DNA of 64,000 nucleotides from Granulicella sp. Lineage in GTDB: Bacteria; Acidobacteriota; Terriglobia; Terriglobales; Acidobacteriaceae. Position 1 is the first letter of the stretch; every line of letters starts with the position of its first letter. The stretch lies in the NCBI GenBank assembly GCA_965198545.1, contig CBDAPS010000003.1, positions 103,255 to 167,254 on the forward strand. The letters run 5' to 3'. The position numbers were made by a program, and so were the translations under genes. Below the pieces are notes generated by a model. That model was not told the origin of the DNA and did no database searches. It saw nothing but the letters and a program-made list of their open reading frames with translations. Shown here piece after piece: positions 58,902-64,000 of the stretch.

Positions 58902-61900
58902 ATGAGTAAGCCAGTTTTTTACGATCCGCAACGCAAGCGCTGGAAGCGCCTGCGCCGCGTTTTCGATCTGCTGGCGCTCTTTGGGGCGGTGCTGGGCGTG
59001 GTGTTTCTGCTTGGGCTGTTGCGTGTCCGTCCGCTCCAGCAGTTGGACCTGCGCTCGGCAACGAAGCGCTACCGGGCGCTTTCCCATCCGCCGGCGCTGG
59101 AGACGCGGACGCACGAGCAACTGAACCATTCGGCTCATCGGCACAGCGACCTGAAACCCTCGGACGTTGTGCTGAACCAGGGAGAAGGGCTGCGCGCGGC
59201 GTTCTACACGGACGTGGACCCGGCAAGCTTTGCGGCGTTCAAAGCGCACGTGAAGCAGATCGACATCGTGTTTCCCGAGTGGCTGCATGTGGTGACGCCG
59301 GACGGGAACCTGACGGCCTACACCGCCGACAACACGCCGTTCAACGTGGTGGATAACGCCGGCGTACACGGCGTGGACCGCGAAAACAAGATCGCTCGCG
59401 CGATCACCGATGCCAAGGAAGATACGGAAATCTTCCCGCTGGTGAACAACTTCAACCCCACGGACCAGGACTTTGAAGACAATGTATCCCAGTTCGTGAT
59501 GAATCCGGCGGCCCGGGCGAAGTTTCTGCAACAGATCGACCAGTTCTTTGCGGCGAACACGCGGTATCGCGGCCTGACACTGAACTTCCAGGAGATTCCG
59601 GCGGCGGCGCAGCCGGGCTACCAGCAACTGATCGCCTCGCTGTATTCAGACTTTCAGTCGAAGAAGCTGAAGGTGTACATCAATGTGCCGGTGGTGGCTC
59701 CGGGAGTGGACTTCGGTTTCCTCGGCTCGCATACCGACGGCCTGATCCTGATGAACTACGACCAGCACCAGCCGGGGACCGATCCGGGGCCGATCGCCGG
59801 GCAGGACTGGTTTGAGGACAATCTGAAAGCCGTGATGAAGGTGGTCCCGCGCAACAAGATCATCTGCTCGGTGGGCAGCTATGCTTATGACTGGACGAGC
59901 AAGCTGCCGACGGCTCCGGTAGCCGCAAAGGGCAGGAAGGCTGCGGCTCCTGAAGCAACGCCGGCGATTCTTTCCGTTTCAAGCCTTTCCACACAGGAAG
60001 CGTGGCAGGCGGCGTCGGATGCAGGCGCGAAGATCGACCTCGATGACACTTCGCTGAACCCGCACTTCGGCTATGACGATGAAGACACCGGGCTTCGGCA
60101 CCAGGTGTGGATGCTGGATGCGGTGACCGTGCTGAACCAGATGCGGGTGGCTCGCGCCCTGGGTCTGCAGACGTTTGCGCTTTGGCGGCTGGGCGAGGAA
60201 GACGATTCGCTCTGGAAGATCTGGGATGGGCCGCTCGGCTCGAACCCGGTGACGGACCTGGCGAAGGTTTCGCCGGGGCAGGACGTGGATACCGAGGGCG
60301 ATGGCGACATTCTGCGGGTGACTGGACAGCCGCAGAGTGGACACCGCACGTTGCAGATGGACGACGACACCACGATTCCGAAGCAGTACCTCAGCGTGGT
60401 GTCGGAGTCGATGGACTCGTATCCCCTGCCCTACACCATCACGCAGTATGGCTACCAGCCGAAGAAGGTGGCAATCAGCTTCGACGATGGGCCGGACCCG
60501 ACCTGGACTCCGAAGATCCTGGATGTGCTGAAGCGCTACAACGTGAAGGGCACATTTTTCATGATCGGCGAGGAGGCCGAAGACAATGTCGGCGTGATGC
60601 AGCGCGTGTATCGCGAAGGGCATGAGATCGGCAACCACACGTTTACGCATCCGGACATCAGCGAAATCTCGAACACGCAGGTGGACCTGCAATTAACGCT
60701 GACGGAGCGGCTGTTCGCGGCCAAGCTGGGGGTGCAACCGACCTACTTCCGGCCGCCGTACTCAATTGACCAGGAGCCGGATACGAACGACCAAGCCGCG
60801 CCGATCGACCGCATCGAGCATGGGCTTGGCTACGTGATTGTCGGCGACAAGATCGACACGAACGACTGGGACGAGCATCCGCGGAAGACGCCGCAGGAGA
60901 TGATCGACAGCGTGTTTCAGCAGATCGACATGGCGCGGACCAAGACGTGGATGCGCGGATCGATCATCCTGATGCACGATGGCGGCGGCGACCGCTCGGC
61001 GACGGTGGCAGCGTTGCCGAAGCTGATTGAGGCGTTGCGGGCGCGTGGCTACGAGATCGTGCCGGTATCCGGGCTGATCGGGCAGACGCGCGAAGAGGTG
61101 ATGGCGCCGCTGAGCGGGCAGCAGAAGTATGCGGCCCGGCTGGACTCGATCACGTTCTTCTTTATCGGGTTCTTCAACCACTTTGTGCTCTATGTGTTTT
61201 TCGTCGGGGACTTCCTGATGAGCGCGCGGCTGCTCATCATCGGCGTATGCGCGCTGATTGACCGTTTCCGCAAGCGGAAGAACTTTGCGGGGCCGGACTA
61301 CATGCCTCGCGTGGCGGTGCTGATCCCTGCGTACAACGAGGAGAAGGTGATCGCACGGACGATTCGGTCTGTGCTGATGTCGAACTACAAGAACATCCGG
61401 GTGATCGTGATCGACGACGGGTCGAAGGACCAGACGTACAAGATCGCCAGCGAGACGTACGCGAAGGAGATCGAGGATGGCCGCGTGACAGTGCTGACCA
61501 AGCCGAACGGCGGTAAGGCCGAGGCTCTGAACTTTGCGCTGGAGTTCACGGATGAGGAGATCTATGTCGGGATCGACGCCGACGGCGTGATCGCGCATGA
61601 TGCGATCTCGCGGCTGGTGTGCCACTTTGCGAATCCGCAGATTGGGGCAGTGGCGGGCAATGCCAAGGTGGGCAATCGCGTGAACCTGTGGACGCGGTGG
61701 CAGGCGCTGGAGTACATCACGTCGCAGAACTTCGAGCGGCGCGCGCTGGATCTGTTCAACGTGGTGATGGTGGTGCCGGGAGCGATTGGTGCATGGCGGA
61801 CTGCTGCCGTGCGCAAGGGCGGCGGGTACCATCCAGACACCGTGGCCGAGGACGCCGACCTGACCATGAACCTGCTGGAGCAGGGTTATCACGTGATCTA

Positions 61901-62453
61901 CGAGGATCAGGCGCTGGCGTTTACCGAGGCTCCGGTGAATGCGAACGGGCTGGCACGGCAGCGTTTCCGGTGGTCGTTCGGGATTCTGCAGGCAGTGTTC
62001 AAGCATCGTGGAGCGATTGCGCGGCGGCGGGCGATGGGCCTCTTTGCGTTGCCGAACATCGTGATCTTTCAGATCATGCTGCCGCTGGTGTCGCCGCTGA
62101 TCGACCTGATGTTTGTCGCCGGGGTGATTCACTACCTGATCGACAAGCACTTCCATCCGGAAACGACCAGCACGGGCGACTTCTACAAGCTGCTGACGTT
62201 CTTCCTCGCGTTCCTGGTGATCGACTTTGCGGCATCCGGCCTGGCGTTCATGCTGGAGCGGAAGCATCCGGCCAGCAAGGGTGACGCCTGGCTGCTGGTG
62301 CATATCTGGATCCAGCGATTTACCTACCGGCAGCTTTTCTCCTGGGTGCTGATCCGGACGATCAAGCGGGCGGTGGATGGCAAGCCGTTTGCGTGGGACA
62401 AGCTGGATCGGACGGGCACGATGTCGAAGGCGACTGAGCAGTCAACCAGTTGA
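58902..62453 (+). CDS. GH18-like + polysaccharide deacetylase + GT2 fusion
   Basis: MNYDQH and LWRLG (GH18 fold); SFDDGP, NHTFTH, RPPY, LMHD (NodB); DDGS, DAD, AED, QRFRW (processive GT2). Confidence 0.92.
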   Translation: MSKPVFYDPQRKRWKRLRRVFDLLALFGAVLGVVFLLGLLRVRPLQQLDLRSATKRYRALSHPPALETRTHEQLNHSAHRHSDLKPSDVVLNQGEGLRAAFYTDVDPASFAAFKAHVKQIDIVFPEWLHVVTPDGNLTAYTADNTPFNVVDNAGVHGVDRENKIARAITDAKEDTEIFPLVNNFNPTDQDFEDNVSQFVMNPAARAKFLQQIDQFFAANTRYRGLTLNFQEIPAAAQPGYQQLIASLYSDFQSKKLKVYINVPVVAPGVDFGFLGSHTDGLILMNYDQHQPGTDPGPIAGQDWFEDNLKAVMKVVPRNKIICSVGSYAYDWTSKLPTAPVAAKGRKAAAPEATPAILSVSSLSTQEAWQAASDAGAKIDLDDTSLNPHFGYDDEDTGLRHQVWMLDAVTVLNQMRVARALGLQTFALWRLGEEDDSLWKIWDGPLGSNPVTDLAKVSPGQDVDTEGDGDILRVTGQPQSGHRTLQMDDDTTIPKQYLSVVSESMDSYPLPYTITQYGYQPKKVAISFDDGPDPTWTPKILDVLKRYNVKGTFFMIGEEAEDNVGVMQRVYREGHEIGNHTFTHPDISEISNTQVDLQLTLTERLFAAKLGVQPTYFRPPYSIDQEPDTNDQAAPIDRIEHGLGYVIVGDKIDTNDWDEHPRKTPQEMIDSVFQQIDMARTKTWMRGSIILMHDGGGDRSATVAALPKLIEALRARGYEIVPVSGLIGQTREEVMAPLSGQQKYAARLDSITFFFIGFFNHFVLYVFFVGDFLMSARLLIIGVCALIDRFRKRKNFAGPDYMPRVAVLIPAYNEEKVIARTIRSVLMSNYKNIRVIVIDDGSKDQTYKIASETYAKEIEDGRVTVLTKPNGGKAEALNFALEFTDEEIYVGIDADGVIAHDAISRLVCHFANPQIGAVAGNAKVGNRVNLWTRWQALEYITSQNFERRALDLFNVVMVVPGAIGAWRTAAVRKGGGYHPDTVAEDADLTMNLLEQGYHVIYEDQALAFTEAPVNANGLARQRFRWSFGILQAVFKHRGAIARRRAMGLFALPNIVIFQIMLPLVSPLIDLMFVAGVIHYLIDKHFHPETTSTGDFYKLLTFFLAFLVIDFAASGLAFMLERKHPASKGDAWLLVHIWIQRFTYRQLFSWVLIRTIKRAVDGKPFAWDKLDRTGTMSKATEQSTS

Positions 62454-62529
62454 GCATTAACAAACGGGCCGCGTGTGTTGCAACTCCCTGCACTTCATCT
62501 TTTCGGCTGCAAAGGACATCAAAGACTTC

Positions 62530-64000
62530 ATGGCGACCGATCTGACTTCCCTGCCCCCGTTTCTCAATGAGCCGTTTACCGACTTCTCCACCGCAGAGAA
62601 CAAGCGCGGGATGCTCGAAGCGCTGGCGCATGTGCGCGGGCGGTTAGGGGAGACGCACGAGATGGTGATCGGCGGAGAACGCGTGCGGACCGGGGAGACA
62701 TTTACGTCAGTGAATCCGGCGCGGCCTGCGGAGGTGATTGGTGTTCACTATGCGGCGACGGCTGCGGAGGCGAACCGCGCGGTGGAGGCAGCGCTGGAGG
62801 CTTTTCCGGCGTGGTCACGGACCCCGCTGAGCGAGCGGGTTGACCTGCTGCTGCGGGCCGCGGCGATGATCCGCGAACGCCACTTCGAGTTTTGCGCGTG
62901 GCTGACGGTGGAGGTCGGCAAGAACTGGGCCGAGGCCGATGCGGATGTCGGCGAATGCATCGACTTCCTGGAGTTCTATGCGCGTGAGGCGCTGCGGCTG
63001 AACCGGGCAACCACGCCGATCCAGTTTCCGGGCGAACGCAACCAGCTTCGCTACCTTCCGCTGGGGCCGGGGGCAGTGATCCCGCCCTGGAACTTTCCGT
63101 TCGCCATCATGGCGGGGATGACGGTGGCTTCCATCGTTTGCGGGAACACTGTAGTGCTGAAGCCCTCGCCGGATGCTCCGACGATTGCGGCTCGCTTCGT
63201 GGAGTTGATGGAGGAAGCAGGTGTCCCGGGCGGCGTCATCAACCTCGTGCACGGCGGGCCGGAGGTTGGGCGAGCCATCGTGGAACATGCGGCGATCCGT
63301 TTTATAGCCTTTACCGGCTCGAAGAAGGTTGGGCTGGAGATTCACGAGAAGGCGGCGAAGACGCAGCCGGGTCAGCGGTTCATCAAGCGAACGATCCTGG
63401 AGTTGGGCGGCAAGGACGCCATCGTGGTGGCGGCCGATGCGGACATTGACGCGGCGGTGGATGGCGTGGCGGCTTCGGCGTTCGGGTTTAACGGGCAGAA
63501 GTGCTCGGCGTGCTCACGGGCTATTGTGGACACCGCAATTTACGACGCTTTCTGCGAGCGGCTGGCGGAGAAGGTCGCCGGCTTCAAGACTGGCGATCCG
63601 GCGGACAACGTGTATACAGGTCCGGTGATTAACGATTTGGCCCGGAAGCGCGTGCTGAGCTACATCGAGCTGGGCAAGCAGGAAGGGCGGCTGCTAACCG
63701 GCGGCGAGGCTATCGACAAAGAAGGCGGCTACTACGTGGCGCCGACGGTGTTTGCCGACATCGCACCGACCTCGCGGCTGGCGCAGGAGGAGATCTTTGG
63801 GCCGGTACTGGCGGTGATCCGCGCGAAGGACTTCGACGAGGCCCTGGAGATTGCCAACGATACGGAGTACGGACTGACCGGAGCGATCTATTCGGGTTCT
63901 CGTGAGCAGCTTGACCGCGCCAGCGCGGAGTTCCACGTCGGCAACCTGTATCTAAACCGCAAGTGCACGGGGGCGATGGTAGGCGCGCACCCGTTCGGCG
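62530..64000 (+). CDS. pruA: L-glutamate gamma-semialdehyde (P5C) dehydrogenase, 3'-truncated
   Basis: Not in the ORF track because it has no stop in the window; translates MATDLTSLPPFLNEPFTDF...PPWNFP...FTGS...LELGGK...GQKCSACS...EEIFGP...GNLYLNRKCTGA. Confidence 0.93.
   Translation, partial: MATDLTSLPPFLNEPFTDFSTAENKRGMLEALAHVRGRLGETHEMVIGGERVRTGETFTSVNPARPAEVIGVHYAATAAEANRAVEAALEAFPAWSRTPLSERVDLLLRAAAMIRERHFEFCAWLTVEVGKNWAEADADVGECIDFLEFYAREALRLNRATTPIQFPGERNQLRYLPLGPGAVIPPWNFPFAIMAGMTVASIVCGNTVVLKPSPDAPTIAARFVELMEEAGVPGGVINLVHGGPEVGRAIVEHAAIRFIAFTGSKKVGLEIHEKAAKTQPGQRFIKRTILELGGKDAIVVAADADIDAAVDGVAASAFGFNGQKCSACSRAIVDTAIYDAFCERLAEKVAGFKTGDPADNVYTGPVINDLARKRVLSYIELGKQEGRLLTGGEAIDKEGGYYVAPTVFADIAPTSRLAQEEIFGPVLAVIRAKDFDEALEIANDTEYGLTGAIYSGSREQLDRASAEFHVGNLYLNRKCTGAMVGAHPFG

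Noticed and set aside
58795-59226. N-terminal extension of the GT39 ORF
   Set aside because: Overlaps the divergent gene; the -10 box and GTG at 58794 define the start.
60762-62303. 513-aa minus-strand ORF
   Set aside because: Antisense shadow of the GT2 fusion.

Overview
GC-rich bacterial chromosomal segment, most likely Acidobacteriota (Terriglobia-like). The basis for that call is two Oar-type TonB-dependent receptors, a CarboxypepD_reg protein, the intergenic repeats and the gene content. Housekeeping genes: glmU, recQ, purH, serS, dgt, ogt, pruA, tRNA-Glu and tmRNA. Catabolic or envelope loci: paoABC-like aldehyde oxidoreductase, hppD-hmgA-fahA tyrosine catabolism, an ABC/M1-aminopeptidase pair, and a GH18-deacetylase-GT2 fusion facing a GT39 gene. 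Best candidates for undescribed systems: (i) a translationally coupled minus-strand cluster at 3.1-8.9 kb encoding a tiny signal-peptide/YVDPGSG/TM anchor protein, a NoeA-like kinase-methyltransferase, an LtaS/EptA-like Thr-nucleophile transferase, a redoxin and a haem c/PHM-type copper monooxygenase-TPR protein; (ii) a two-gene islet (multi-TM protein plus 1201-aa KAP-like P-loop NTPase) behind tmRNA and a duplicated tmRNA 3' end, a plausible anti-phage system; (iii) a structured orphan sRNA at about 21.4 kb; (iv) an unknown gene occupying the maleylacetoacetate-isomerase gap of the hmg operon; (v) a dispersed repeat that in one copy encodes a signal peptide. No CRISPR array, integrase or transposase was seen. 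All family calls come from motifs read by eye; no database searches were run.
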